NCBI GenBank assembly: GCA_023205875.1 | Contig: CP060772.1 | Span: forward strand, 372,001-429,915 | Source of the DNA: Chloropicon primus | Taxonomy: Eukaryota | Reading direction: 5' to 3' | Length of the DNA stretch: 57,915 nucleotides | In this document: piece after piece, positions 46,580 to 57,656 of the stretch | Position numbering within the stretch: position 1 is the first letter of the stretch | Layout: every line of letters begins with the position of its first letter | The notes under the pieces: model-generated | Database searches by the model: none | What the model was told of the DNA's origin: nothing | What the model saw: only the letters and a program-made list of their open reading frames with translations | Position numbers and translations under genes: made by a program

Positions 46580-46910
46580 TCACTTGGCAATCTCCTTGGA
46601 CACCTTCTCCAGCTCGGTCCTCTGCGTGGACAGCAGAACGAAAGCAAAGCAAAGGACAGTGTGTGGTGGTGGTGGTGTCAGCAAGACAAAACAGAAGATG
46701 AAGAAAAAGGATGAGGATGATGAGGATGATGAAGGGGTGTTTGGTTTGGGATGACTCACCAGCTGCTTGGCAAAGTCGTCCGTGACGTCGTCATCGTCCC
46801 AGTCGTTCTCCCACCGCTCGGCGTCGGCGAGGTCCTCCTCCGCCTCGTTCCACTCTGCAACAAAACACAAAGGCACAAAGGAAAGTCAGAAAGGAGAACA
46901 AAACCCTTTG

Positions 46911-46941
<31 letters not shown>

Positions 46942-47550
46942 GAGGAGGAGGAGGCTTCTCTGAAAGCTCACGAGTCCAACAGGGAGGAAAGGAAAGGAAA
47001 GGAGAGGAGAGGAAAGGAGAGGGATCTCTCTTCCATCTCTCCCTCCCTCCAACAAAACGCGAAACGAGGACAACAACACCAAGGGTGGACATCATGAGGA
47101 CTGTGACGGTAGCTCCTCTCCTTCTCCTTCTCCTTCTCCTCCCGTCTGCTCGTGATCGTGCTTCTCAAGAACGAAACGAAGGATCTCCCAACTCTCTTCT
47201 TCCATCTTTCCCTCCAACAATAAAAAAAAATGAGGCCAACGCCAACGAGGGTGACGATCACGATCACGATCACGATCACGAGGACGGTGCCATCCTCTCC
47301 CTCTCCTCCTCCTCCTCCTCCTCCTCCTCCTCCTGCTGCTGCTGCTGCTTCTCAGGGATCGAGGTGATCTCTCCATCCTTTTCGTACGCGCGCGACCCAA
47401 GCAAACCGAGCGCGTTGGCGAACGAAGAAGCTGATGCTTGTGGTGGTGGTGGTGTTTACCTTGTGTCTCGAACTCCTCGAAGTCATCGTCCTCCTCTATG
47501 GCGACCTGCTTCACCACCTCCTGGTACTTGTCCATCTTCACCTCCGCCAT
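46580..47550 (-). CDS. DSS1: DSS1/SEM1 proteasome subunit (exons 47550-47460, 46854-46760, 46621-46580)
   Basis: IEEDDDFEEFETQ/EW…WENDWDDDDVTDDFAKQL/RTELEK; both GT-AG introns splice in frame. Confidence 0.9.
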
Positions 47551-47793
47551 CCTCTCGATCGATTTCAAAACAAACTCTCGACTGCTGCTGCTTGCTGCTG
47601 GAGGGAAGGGGCGACGGAGGGAGGGAGACATTAGGACACGGAGGGGGACGGAGCAGAGGAGAGAGGTCTGGTGCGGTAGAACACATCAAGGGCTTTCCAA
47701 AGATACCAAGCTTGCCTTGTTTGAGTACCGGAGTCGTGAGAACGGAGGGGTTCTCTCCACGATTAGACGGTAACGCTTGCGCTGGAGGAGGGG

Positions 47794-48328
47794 ATGATGA
47801 TAAAGAGAACGGCCAGGTGCAAGGCGACCAGGGACACGATATGGAGGACGTGCTTCCAGGACGTCACAAAGTGGCCAGAGTGGGATCCTGATCTGAAGGA
47901 GGTCACCGACGCCAGCGGCGAGTGCGTGGACGGGACAACCATGACGTTTCACATGGCTGATGGCGGAGGTCCGTTCTTCATGAAGTGCGCGAGCGTCAGC
48001 ATCAACAACCACTTGGAGTTCACAGGGAGGGTACGGGTCATGTGTGTTGAGCCTTACCGTCATCGATGAAAGCTGACTGTCTTGTTCTTCTTCTTCCCCC
48101 CTCAAGTTTCTTCTGGGCTTCGCTGGAGCAAAGGGGACGTTCGACTTGAAGGACACCGCAAAGTCGACGAGTGCGATCCCTGAAACCGAAGTCGTGTACA
48201 CGTTTGGCCTCACAGGGGTCCTTGGAGCGATCTTTGGGTCCCTGAACAAGAAGGGCATCACAAAGGGCGTGGAGGAAGGACTGGAAAACATCATCGCGAT
48301 GTCTGAAGCAGCGCAAGGAAAGGAGTGA
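47794..48328 (+). CDS. SRPBCC / polyketide cyclase-dehydrase family protein (exons 47794-48030, 48107-48328)
   Basis: ATRDTIWRTCFQDVTKWPEWDPDL pattern; in-frame GTACGG…CAAG intron; C-terminal helix GLENIIAMSE. Confidence 0.75.
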
Positions 48329-48397
48329 ACCCCCTCGAAAACAAAAGAATGGAAGAATGGATTTTGTCCCTCCCTTATTACAATTCTTACACACCGA

Positions 48398-50389
48398 TCA
48401 CCCGTCTTTGCCGCCAGATGCAGGTTCGCTCCCGTTCTTCTCGCCGAGGACTTTCATGGCTTCCGAGGCTGCCTCGGCCACCTTCACGAGGTGCGGATCA
48501 ACCTTTTGGTCGTGCTTGCGCAGGAGATCCACCAGCGAGGGAGCGAGGGGCGCGAGGTTCCTGGTGAAGAACGCATAGCTTGTGCCCTTGTCCTGCTGCC
48601 TGCCCGTCCTCCCCACCCTGTGCACGTACTGGTCGAGGGAGGGAGGGAAGTCGTACAAGACGACGTGCCTCAGGCCCGGGATGTGGATGCCACGGCCCAC
48701 GATGTCGGTGGCGATGAGGGTGTTCGTCTTGCCGCTCTTGAATGCCTGGATGGCCTCGTTCCTCTCCTTCTGGTTCCTCTTGCCGTGGATCATCGCCACC
48801 TGTGCCGACGAGGGAGCGTGAGACTTCATCGATCCGGACTGGCCCGACTTTCTCTTGGAGTGCTTCGGGCTCACAGGATTGAAGAGGGACTGCTTGTGAA
48901 GGAAAGCAAACAGGGTCCTGGCCTTCTTGATGGTGTTCACGAAAACCAAGATCTTCGGGACGTGCCTGTAGTCCGGCATCTCCTTGGCCTCCCTCCTCAC
49001 CTGCTCGATGTACTTGATCAGCTTCTTTTCCTTCTTGTGCTCGGCGCACACGTGGACGATCTGTGTCACGTTTGCGCTCACGTGCTGAGAAGATTTTGCC
49101 GCATCGTAAAGGGCACCGCCCTCCGCGTCGGCGTCATGGAGGCCTCCCCCCTCCCTGGATTGGCCTTCCCTGATCTCCACCATCTTCGTCCTGTCCCAGT
49201 CAAGCCAAGTCTTGCACCTCTTGAGAAGCGCTTTGGGGAAAGTCGCGCTGAACAGGAGAGTCTGCCTGTCCCTGCCGCCGGACTCTCCCTCTCCCTTTCC
49301 CTCGCCGCCACCGAGCTGCCTGTGGATCTTCTGCAAGTCGTCGTCGAAGCCCATCTGCAGCATCTTGTCCGCCTCGTCGATCACCAAGACGCGGACGGAG
49401 GACAAGTCCACCTGGTTGTTGTCGATGAGGTCGCAGAGCCTGCCCGGAGTCGCGATCACCACATCCGGCTCGCTCGTATCCAGGGCTTCCACCTGATCCT
49501 TCTTCGCAATGCCACCGATCACGCAGAGGCCCCTCTGCCTCGTCACCGCCCTCAGCTTGGTGACCGTCGCCAAGACTTGCTTCGCCAGCTCCCGGGTGGG
49601 CACCAGGACCAGGGCCCTGATGGGCCTCTTCCCCTCCGCCTCCTTCTCCTGGGCTTCCAACTCGCCGGGCCCCAGCCGGTGCAGGAGAGGGAACATGTAA
49701 GCGAATGTCTTCCCCGTCCCCGTCTCAGCCTTTGCCCTCACATCGTACCCTTGCAGGCAAAAGGGCCACACGCTGCTCTGAACGGCGGTCGGCTCCAACT
49801 TCACCTCTTCCTGCCCCGCGGCGCCTCCTTCCCCCTCCTCCCCCTCCTGCTTCTTGGTCCTCAGCCTGTCCTGCTGGGCAGAGAGCATCAAGTTCAAGTA
49901 CGAGATCATCGCCTTCTGGTCCTCCTCCGACATGGTGGACCTCCCCCCCCTCGACCCCTCCCCCCTCGACCCCTCCTCCGCTCCACCATCGCCATCGCCG
50001 CCCTTGTTGTTGCTGTTGCCATTGCCCTCCGTGCCGACCTTCTGGCTCCTGTCCTCCATCTTCTGGCGCTTCTTCTCCCTCTTCTTCTCCCTGGCCCTCT
50101 TGTTCTTCTTCTCCCTCCTCTCCTTGGCCTCCAGCTGCACCAAAGCCTGTGGCAGTGGGGGCGGCGCGTAGCACATCCCAGCACACTTCCTCCCCACCCT
50201 CCTCTTCTTCCTCACCCTCCTCTTCCTCTCATCCTCGCTCTCGCCCTCGCTCCCGCTCCCCTCCGTCCCGGCACCACCACCACCAGCAGAGTACGCCGCC
50301 GCCTCACCCCCTGCCGACGCCACCACCTCGTAGTACTCCTTCCTCTCCACCTCCTCCCCGAACACGCTCTTTTCCCTCCTCCTTCCCAT
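48398..50389 (-). CDS. DEAD-box RNA helicase
   Basis: AETGTGKT, PTRELA, TPGRL, DEAD, SAT, RGIHI, YVHRVGRTGR. Confidence 0.95.
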   Translation of the reverse strand: MGRRREKSVFGEEVERKEYYEVVASAGGEAAAYSAGGGGAGTEGSGSEGESEDERKRRVRKKRRVGRKCAGMCYAPPPLPQALVQLEAKERREKKNKRAREKKREKKRQKMEDRSQKVGTEGNGNSNNKGGDGDGGAEEGSRGEGSRGGRSTMSEEDQKAMISYLNLMLSAQQDRLRTKKQEGEEGEGGAAGQEEVKLEPTAVQSSVWPFCLQGYDVRAKAETGTGKTFAYMFPLLHRLGPGELEAQEKEAEGKRPIRALVLVPTRELAKQVLATVTKLRAVTRQRGLCVIGGIAKKDQVEALDTSEPDVVIATPGRLCDLIDNNQVDLSSVRVLVIDEADKMLQMGFDDDLQKIHRQLGGGEGKGEGESGGRDRQTLLFSATFPKALLKRCKTWLDWDRTKMVEIREGQSREGGGLHDADAEGGALYDAAKSSQHVSANVTQIVHVCAEHKKEKKLIKYIEQVRREAKEMPDYRHVPKILVFVNTIKKARTLFAFLHKQSLFNPVSPKHSKRKSGQSGSMKSHAPSSAQVAMIHGKRNQKERNEAIQAFKSGKTNTLIATDIVGRGIHIPGLRHVVLYDFPPSLDQYVHRVGRTGRQQDKGTSYAFFTRNLAPLAPSLVDLLRKHDQKVDPHLVKVAEAASEAMKVLGEKNGSEPASGGKDG

Positions 50390-50848
50390 TTCCTCTAAAC
50401 GGAACCAAACACCCTCGTGTAGCCTACCGACGGAATGCTCGCGACACACGCTACACGTTCCTCACCTCCTCTCCCTCCGCTTCTTCCCCTCTCGCCCTCC
50501 CTCCCCCTTCAAACAATCCCCAATCCCCAATCCCCAATCCCCAAAGCCTCGCCCAAGGCATGCACAACGACGGAGCAAGAGGTGGTTGGAGCAAGATGTG
50601 TTTGGTATGGACCCAAGCTGGAGCAAATGTATTTGTTGTTGTTGTTATTGCTTGCTTGTTGTTCCTCTCTCCTCGTTATGGGTTGCGTTGGGTTGTGTTG
50701 GGTTGGGGTTGCTCCTGCAGCGCCGCCTCGTCGTTCGTTCGTTCCCCTGGACGGAAGGAATCGACAGAAGAGGAGGGGAGCCGGAGCCTCGCTTCATCGG
50801 GGACAGAAACAAACAGAAGGAGAGGGAAAGGGAGACAAAGACAGAGAC

Positions 50849-51115
50849 AGAGAACATCTTTCTATCGTTTCATCCATCCAGCCAACCAGCCATCTATCCA
50901 GACAGACAGACAGACAGACAGACAGACAGCCATCTGTCCAGCATCCAGGCAGGCATCCAGACTGACAGACAGAGAGGCAGAGAACATCTTTCTATCGTTT
51001 CATCCATCCAGCCAACCAGCCATCTATCCAGACAGACAGACAGAGAGACAGACAGACAGACAGCCATCTATCCATCTGTCCAGCATCCAGGCAGGCATCC
51101 AGACTGACAGACAGA
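50849..51115. repeat. ~130-bp tandem duplication containing (CAGA)n tracts
   Basis: AGAGAACATCTTTCTATCGTTTCATCCATCCAGCCAACCAGCC at ~50849 and ~50979. Confidence 0.9.
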
Positions 51116-51310
51116 GAGAGAGAGAGAGAGAGACAGAGAGAGAGAGAGGAGAGAGAGAGGCAGAGGGAGGTGGTACGACACGATACGCTTCCTTGGTGGA
51201 TTGATTGGTTTGGTGGAGTTCCTTGCTGCTTGACTTGAATTGAATTGAATTGGATCGCATCGCATCGCATCGCTTCGGCATTGGCTTGAGTTGAGTTGAG
51301 TTTTGAGTTG

Positions 51311-52030
51311 ATGGCGTTGTTGAATTGGTTGTGGAGTTTGTTCCGAGGAGGAGGAGGAGGTGAGGAGGAAGGAAGGGATGGGAAGACGAAGACAGAGGTG
51401 GTGTACGAGTATTACAGCAACTTCAGGAAGAATGCGTACGGAGAGATACCGGAGTTGGAGCTGAGAGAAGCGTGGAGAAGAATGCTGGAGGACAAGAACC
51501 TCGTCGTTGTGGACGTCAGGAAGGAGGAGGAGATGGATTGCTCGAGGATACCTGGAGCTCTGAGCAAGGACAGGTTCATGGACAACTTGAAGCACGACAA
51601 GAGCTTTCTCGAGGACAAGGACGTTTGCTGCTACTGCACCATCGGGTACAGGAGTGGGTTCTTTGTCAAGGAGCTGCCTGAAGTGATCCGGTCCGTGACG
51701 GGGAAGACGGAGACAGGCGTCATGGTGTACAACCTCAAGGGAAGCATCTTGGGTTGGATCCACGAGGGCTACCCCGTGGTGTCCAAGGACCTCGTCACGG
51801 TCAAGAGGGTTCACGTCAACTCGCAAAAGTTCGACCTGGCTCCCCCTGGATACGACACCCACTGGTTCGGCAAAGCGAGGGTCGCGCTCGGGTTGTTCGA
51901 GGCCCTTGGGTGCTTGGCGGGAACCTGGCTCAAGGGAGCGGCGTCTCGGTTGAACTACGTCCTTCCCGTGGCCCTGAGCACGGCCTTGGGATTGTGGGTG
52001 ATCAAAAAGTTTAAGTATATATTGAGTTGA
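51311..52030 (+). CDS. rhodanese-like domain protein
   Basis: VVVDVRKEEEMDCSRIPGA, active-loop CYCTIGYRS, YNLKGSILGW. Confidence 0.9.
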   Translation: MALLNWLWSLFRGGGGGEEEGRDGKTKTEVVYEYYSNFRKNAYGEIPELELREAWRRMLEDKNLVVVDVRKEEEMDCSRIPGALSKDRFMDNLKHDKSFLEDKDVCCYCTIGYRSGFFVKELPEVIRSVTGKTETGVMVYNLKGSILGWIHEGYPVVSKDLVTVKRVHVNSQKFDLAPPGYDTHWFGKARVALGLFEALGCLAGTWLKGAASRLNYVLPVALSTALGLWVIKKFKYILS

Positions 52031-52077
52031 GGTTGAGGTTTAATATAGTTCTATGATGGGGTCTCCGTCTCCTTAGC

Positions 52078-53103
52078 CTAGCCTTCCTCCTTGGCCTCCG
52101 ACACCGCCGTGGACGAGGACATCACCTTGTCCAAGGCTTCCTCCGTCGCGCGTATCACCTCGTCGATGAAAGGCCTGGACGACAGGTCCTGCTTGAGGAG
52201 ATCCTTGCAGAGGCTCACGATCACCGGGTGGTAACCCTTCCCCTTGTCCGGCCAGTTGATCTTCCCCGAGATCACCGCCAGGGCCAGCGAGCCCCCAGCC
52301 TGTGACAGGACGTACTCAAAGGGGCTCTCCCCGAAGCACATGTAGTACAGCAGACATCCGAGGGACCACACGTCCGTTCGCTCGTCCAGCACAATTTCGC
52401 TCGGGCAATCAAAGAGCTCCGGCGAGCGGTACGTTCCCGTGGTGTGGGACTCCGCCTCCTCCTGGGCCTTGAGGGCCTCCGCCCTGGACTTGATCGTGAC
52501 CCTCGCCGGCCTCGCGCTCCCAAAATCCATCAGGACCGCCTGGTACGGGTCCAGAGACCCTTCCTCCCTCTCGTCCCTCGACAGCAGCACGTTGTGTGGC
52601 TTGATGTCCCGGTGCGCGTACCCACCGCCGGCCTTGCCCGAGCCATGCATGCACTGGCACCCTCTGCACACCTGGAGGAAGATGTTGAGCACGACCACTG
52701 GGTGGATGTTCTGACTCCTCTCCACCAGGTCCACCACCGTGCCATCCTTGTAGGCCAAGAACAGCAAGTGGACCACGTTCTGGCTCTGGTCCTTGGCCGT
52801 CCCCCTCTTGGCCTCCGAGTCTACCAAGCTCAACAGGTTGGCGTGCTTGAACTTGTGCATCACATCGATCTCATTCTTGGCCAACTCCAGCTGCTCTGAC
52901 GTTTGAGCCAAGATCTTCTTCAAAGCAAACTCCTGTCCCGTTTCACAACACCTGGCGAGGTACACGAAACTGTATCCTCCCTCCCCGAGGAGTCTGACAA
53001 TCACCAGCCTCCTATGATTCACCACAACTTCCTCCGCCAGCCCGCTGGACAAGCTCTGGAACGCCTGCTTGAAGCACGACGAAAACGCGCGAGACAACTT
53101 CAT
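52078..53103 (-). CDS. Ser/Thr protein kinase, NAK family (STK16-like)
   Basis: LGEGGYSFVYL, ALKK, HRDIKPHN, MDFGS, YRSPELFD, LDERTDVWSLGC. Confidence 0.92.
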   Translation of the reverse strand: MKLSRAFSSCFKQAFQSLSSGLAEEVVVNHRRLVIVRLLGEGGYSFVYLARCCETGQEFALKKILAQTSEQLELAKNEIDVMHKFKHANLLSLVDSEAKRGTAKDQSQNVVHLLFLAYKDGTVVDLVERSQNIHPVVVLNIFLQVCRGCQCMHGSGKAGGGYAHRDIKPHNVLLSRDEREEGSLDPYQAVLMDFGSARPARVTIKSRAEALKAQEEAESHTTGTYRSPELFDCPSEIVLDERTDVWSLGCLLYYMCFGESPFEYVLSQAGGSLALAVISGKINWPDKGKGYHPVIVSLCKDLLKQDLSSRPFIDEVIRATEEALDKVMSSSTAVSEAKEEG

Positions 53104-53624
53104 CCACAAACAACAAACAACAAACAACAAACAGCAAACACAAACCAACTCAACTCAATGCAATGCAATGCAATCAAAGTGAATCCAATCCAACCCTATC
53201 GAAGGCACAACTGGAATGGGATGAAATGGAATGGAATGGTACGAGTAAGTCGCTTCTCCTCTCGTGTCGTGTCGTGTCGTATCGTGTCGTGGTACCGCAA
53301 CAATGGCCGGTGGCTTGTCCCCTTCCCTTCCCTTCCCTTCCCTTCCCTTCCCTTGGATGGAAAGGACGGTTGGATTGCTTCCTGCTTCCTGTCGTCGGCT
53401 TGGTTCACGAATGAAGGAACCAAGGGATGGATGGATAGATGGATAGATGGATGGATGGATGAGGATGGTTCCTCGCTTGCTCGCTTGCTTGCTTGCTTCC
53501 TCTTCGCGTTGGTTGGTTGGTTTGTGGTTCGGTCCTGTCCTCGGTGGGTGGTGGTGATGTGATGGCGGGAAAGCCCAGCAGAGGGGAGGAGAGGACGCGA
53601 TGGTGATGGGGAGGGGAGGGGGAC

Positions 53625-54095
53625 AGAGGGGGAGGGACAGATGCAATCGCACAATCACACAATTGTAGGGGGGAGGGACAGAGGGGAGGGACAGAGGCAA
53701 TCACACAATGGCTGGGGGAGGGACAGAGGCAATCACACGATCACACAATGGCTGGGGGAGGGACAGAGGCAATCACACGATCACACAATCAGTAGGGGGA
53801 GGGACAGAGGCAATCACACGATCACACAATGGCTGGGGGGGAGGGACAGAGGCAATCACACGATCACACAATGGCTGGGGGGGAGGGACAGAGGCAATCA
53901 CACGATCACACAATGGCTGGGGGGAGGGACAGAGGCAATCACACGATCACACAATGGCTGGGGGGAGGGACAGAGGCAATCACACGATCACACAATTGTG
54001 AGAGGCAATCACACGATCACACAATGGCTGGGGGGAGGGACAGAGGCAATCACACGATCACACAATGGCTGGGGGGAGGGACAGAGGGGGGGGTC
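53625..54095. repeat. ~40-bp G-rich minisatellite, about 10 units
   Basis: GGGGGAGGGACAGAGGCAATCACACGATCACACAATGGCT repeated with variable G-runs. Confidence 0.95.
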
Positions 54096-54296
54096 ATGAT
54101 TCATTCACTACGACGAACGAACGAATGACAGGGGCAGGGGCGGGTGGAAAGGAACAAATGGGGCTTGCTGATAGACTCGATTCTACCCAACCAAAAGGCA
54201 ATAAATATGTAAACATACATTCATACGAGCATGAGGGGGTTTAGGTCCTCTCCTCCTTTTGCTCCCCTACTGCGAGCTCACACTACCCCTTCTTTG

Positions 54297-56306
54297 TCAA
54301 TGGTGGTGCTTCCTGGCTTTCAGAGTAAAGTCGTCGATCAGACCTCCCTCTGTGTCGAAGCTCCTCATCCGAAGGGAAGTCCGACTGGCCTCAACCTTAG
54401 TGAACCCGTGCTTGGTGTTCTCGACAACCTCAAAGTAATCCGGCTTCTTCTTGTAAAGGTTGTCGCACAAGTTGGCGCCGGCGTGACCCAGGACCACGTG
54501 GACCGGGGCCCTCTCCGTGCCATCGCTGGCGTCTTTGGGCACGCACTTGCTCTCGAACACGCCGCAAGTCCGCTGGTACGAGTGGTGGTGGCCGACCCAC
54601 GTCATGTCCACCTCGTACTCCAGGAAGACGCGCTCGAAGGCGTCCCTGAGCTCCCGGGCCACGACCTGGTCGCTGCTGTTGACCTTGGGATCGTCGTAGG
54701 TGCTGTCGATGTACAGAGGTCTGTGGAAACCGAAGATGAGCCAAGGGGTCGCCGTCCTGTTCACCTTGTGGTCGAGCTCATCCATGACGAACGAGAACTG
54801 CTCGCTGTCTCGACCGAACTCGTGCTCCGTGCTCAGCTGCACAAAGTGCACCGGACCGAACTTGAACGAGTACCAGGGCTTGTCCGGCCCACTCGGCCTC
54901 GGCATGGGGGTCCTCGCCATGTAAGGCACCCCGCACTCCCCGTTGCTGTCCTTCCCGCCGTACCTGTCCCCGCTGTGGGGCCAGTCCCTCTCGTGGTTCC
55001 CGATGGTCGTCATGTAAGGCATGCGGCTCGCCAGGGGCTCGATCCGGTCGAAGAAAGAGTGCCAGATGGCCCCGTAGCCCCGGGCGTACGCGATGTCCCC
55101 GTTGTGGACCATCAGCCACTGCCCGCTGCCCTCCGAGTCGCTGCGCTCGAGCTCCTCCCTCATCCCCCGAACCACCAGAACGGACGGCTGGGTGCTGATC
55201 TCCTCGCCCTGGTCCTGGAACCCGTCGATGGGGAACTCCCCCATGTCGGCGATCGCAAAGATGCTCACGTAGTCGTCGTCCCCCGCCTCGGTCCAGTCGC
55301 CGACCGGGGCGATGAGGGAGAACGGGCCCCTCATCGCCCTGTCTTTGTCCCCCACGAAGTAGGTGTACCTCCTCCCCGCCACGAGACCCTCCCCGGCCTT
55401 CATGGTCAGCGTGTGCGTGTACCCTGGCTCGACGTAACCCACGGAGTTCGCGGGAGACCCGCAGAGGTCCTCCCTCCCGTACGTCTCCGTCCTCCCTCCG
55501 GAGAACTCAATGCCGTCCTTCGTCTCGTCATCAATCACCAGGACCACCGGATCGTACGGCTTGTCCCTCGTGATGCTCCCAAAGGTGTTCCACTGCACCA
55601 CCAGGTCCTCGGGCTCGTACCCCACGGCGAGGTGCACCCCGACTGGCTCGTCCGGGTTCTGGAAACTCACCCCCTCGCTTATCGCCTCCACCACCACCTC
55701 ATTCCTGTGATAGTCGTGATGGATCAATGCAAAGTGCTCGTCCTCCTGGCCCACGAGGAGCATCCTGGCGTCCACATACCCCCGGCGCTTGTCCTCCTCC
55801 GTCAAAACCTTCCACTTCAAAGGCACCGCCGGCCACTCCTTCTCCTTCAGGAACTCCAAGCCCTGGAACAAGCAGATGTAATGATACTCCTCCCAGGCAA
55901 CACCATTACCGTCAGCAGCAGCAGCAGAAGCAGAAGCAGCACCGACGCCATCCTCCTCCCTCCTCTCCTCGGCATCACTTTGGTTGAGGTTGAAGAACAC
56001 TCGAACCCAATCCCCATTGTCCACCACAAACGTTTGGTTCACTTTTATTTGAGGTCCGTGAGGATCAAGGTGACCACTACGGCTGCGGCGGCTTAGCACG
56101 CGAGGCGTCGAGGCACCTCCCTCCCTCTGGAACCTCCTCACCCAATCCTCCAACCTGTTCGAGTCCACGTCGTCGTCGTGGCCATCTTCGTGGTGGTGGT
56201 CACGCCACGACCATGAGTTGTTGGGTCGCGAGGCTTGCGCGTGTTGGACGAGGAGGCTGGAAGTCGCGACGACGAGAGCCAGGACCAGAATGACGCCGCA
56301 CTTCAT
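54297..56306 (-). CDS. secreted purple acid phosphatase (nucleotide pyrophosphatase/phosphodiesterase-like)
   Basis: Signal peptide MKCGVILVLALVVA; metal ligands in ADMG, GDIAYA, GNHE, FHRPLY, GHHHSY. Confidence 0.93.
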   Translation of the reverse strand: MKCGVILVLALVVATSSLLVQHAQASRPNNSWSWRDHHHEDGHDDDVDSNRLEDWVRRFQREGGASTPRVLSRRSRSGHLDPHGPQIKVNQTFVVDNGDWVRVFFNLNQSDAEERREEDGVGAASASAAAADGNGVAWEEYHYICLFQGLEFLKEKEWPAVPLKWKVLTEEDKRRGYVDARMLLVGQEDEHFALIHHDYHRNEVVVEAISEGVSFQNPDEPVGVHLAVGYEPEDLVVQWNTFGSITRDKPYDPVVLVIDDETKDGIEFSGGRTETYGREDLCGSPANSVGYVEPGYTHTLTMKAGEGLVAGRRYTYFVGDKDRAMRGPFSLIAPVGDWTEAGDDDYVSIFAIADMGEFPIDGFQDQGEEISTQPSVLVVRGMREELERSDSEGSGQWLMVHNGDIAYARGYGAIWHSFFDRIEPLASRMPYMTTIGNHERDWPHSGDRYGGKDSNGECGVPYMARTPMPRPSGPDKPWYSFKFGPVHFVQLSTEHEFGRDSEQFSFVMDELDHKVNRTATPWLIFGFHRPLYIDSTYDDPKVNSSDQVVARELRDAFERVFLEYEVDMTWVGHHHSYQRTCGVFESKCVPKDASDGTERAPVHVVLGHAGANLCDNLYKKKPDYFEVVENTKHGFTKVEASRTSLRMRSFDTEGGLIDDFTLKARKHHH

Positions 56307-56407
56307 TGCGATTGCGTCCACCACAAGCCCCACGAGGAAGACCGCAACAGAAGAAAGAAGCAACCAACCTTTAGGCCAGGACACCTCTCTCTCTCCCCGC
56401 AGCCACT

Positions 56408-56440
56408 GGGTTTTAGGTTTTAAGGGGTTTTAGGTTTTAA
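56408..56440. repeat. interstitial telomere-like repeats
   Basis: GGGTTTTAGGTTTTAAGGGGTTTTAGGTTTTAA. Confidence 0.8.
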
Positions 56441-57356
56441 TTGGGTGAGGAGAGGAGGCGGAGGAGAGGGGAGGAGAGGGGAGGAGGGGGTCTTGGATTG
56501 TTATGTTGGTATTGGAATGCTTCTGTGTGTTGGGTTCATTGGTGGCTTTTGTGGCATCTCGTGATTGAGCTTGGAGAACCTCATGGGGAGCTGATGGAGG
56601 GGCTAATGGAGGTCCAGCGGAGAGGCACATGATTGGTTTTGAGGTGTGTTATGGGTCTGTGGGGGTCCATTTGGGGTTATTGGAATGCGTTCGTCTAAAT
56701 CGCCTTGCTCGATGACACTGAATGGGAGGAGGGGCCGGGACCAGATGATGTGGGGTTTGGTCCGGGCACTGGCGTCGAGGGGTGAGAGAGGAGAGGTGTT
56801 CTTGGGGCACTGCAGGAGAGTGGGAGAGGAGGGAAGGCAGGGAGAGGTGTCTGTGGGTAGTTGTTCATGGATTGGATCCTCTTGGTTTGGTTCATGCTGA
56901 CTTGATTGTGTAATGTAGGTGTGTATGATACAATTCTGTTGCTGTTATTGTCCATTTTGGGCCTATTTTTTCGTACGAATAGTGGAGTGACGGATCCAGT
57001 TCGTGTCCGATAGCTGTGAAACTTTGTCAGAAGGGGCTTGTATTTTATATTTGGATACTCCTCTAATATTGTGTATCTTCCCGTCGTCCTTGAGCCTGTA
57101 GAGATCCATCTGTCGGACCACTAAAACCCAAACCACAGACCTCCATGGATGATGATGATGTTATGTGAATGGAGTCCGTGATGGAGAGACCTGTTCCGGG
57201 TGGAGAGTGCAATCTAGGGCACCTAAGAATAAAGAGATTGAATCGTAAACCTTACCCTGATCCACTCTTCTGCTGGAATCCGTCGTCTTATGCGACCTGG
57301 TTTAGGGCCGACTAAAACCCAGATCACACTTAAAACTTAAACCAGAAGGAAAATCT

Positions 57357-57656
57357 GCGGTGGCTTGGAGGCACCACGGCAAGCTTGGATAATGCGACGG
57401 TGTCTTTCACTTAGGCTTCTTTTGTTCTCCGGCTCCTTTCCTTGGCCAGGACTTCCTTCCTTTCTTCCTCGGGCAAACCCTACTCAAGGCACTTCGGACC
57501 CACGAGAGGGCCTTTTAGGCGTTAGGTTTTAGGACTCAAGGCTTTAGGAAACGCGGTGACTCGGAGGCACCAAGGAAAGCTTGGATGATGCGACGGTGTC
57601 TTTCTCTTAGGCTTCTTTTGTTCTCCGACTCCTTTCCTTGGCCAGGTCGTCCTTCC
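57357..57656. repeat. subtelomeric ~100-bp direct duplication (offset 196 bp) separated by degenerate telomere units
   Basis: GCGGTG…GGAGGCACC…AAGCTTGGAT…GCGACGGTGTCTTTC…TTAGGCTTCTTTTGTTCTCC…CCTTGGCCAGG at 57357 and 57553. Confidence 0.9.

Noticed and set aside
48491..56096. Long antisense or alternative-frame ORFs (e.g. 48491-50398 +, 54231-56096 +; also 541-1614, 29852-31087, 35619-37352)
   Set aside because: Shadow ORFs caused by strong GC3 codon bias of the real genes; no recognisable domains.
57110..57345. Telomerase RNA template (CTAAAACC words)
   Set aside because: Too short, no supporting promoter or structure seen, and such words are expected in subtelomeres.
50400..57650. Apparent loss of the palindromic motif near the telomere
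   Set aside because: Weak candidate copies exist (~50425, ~53355), so absence cannot be asserted without a PWM scan.
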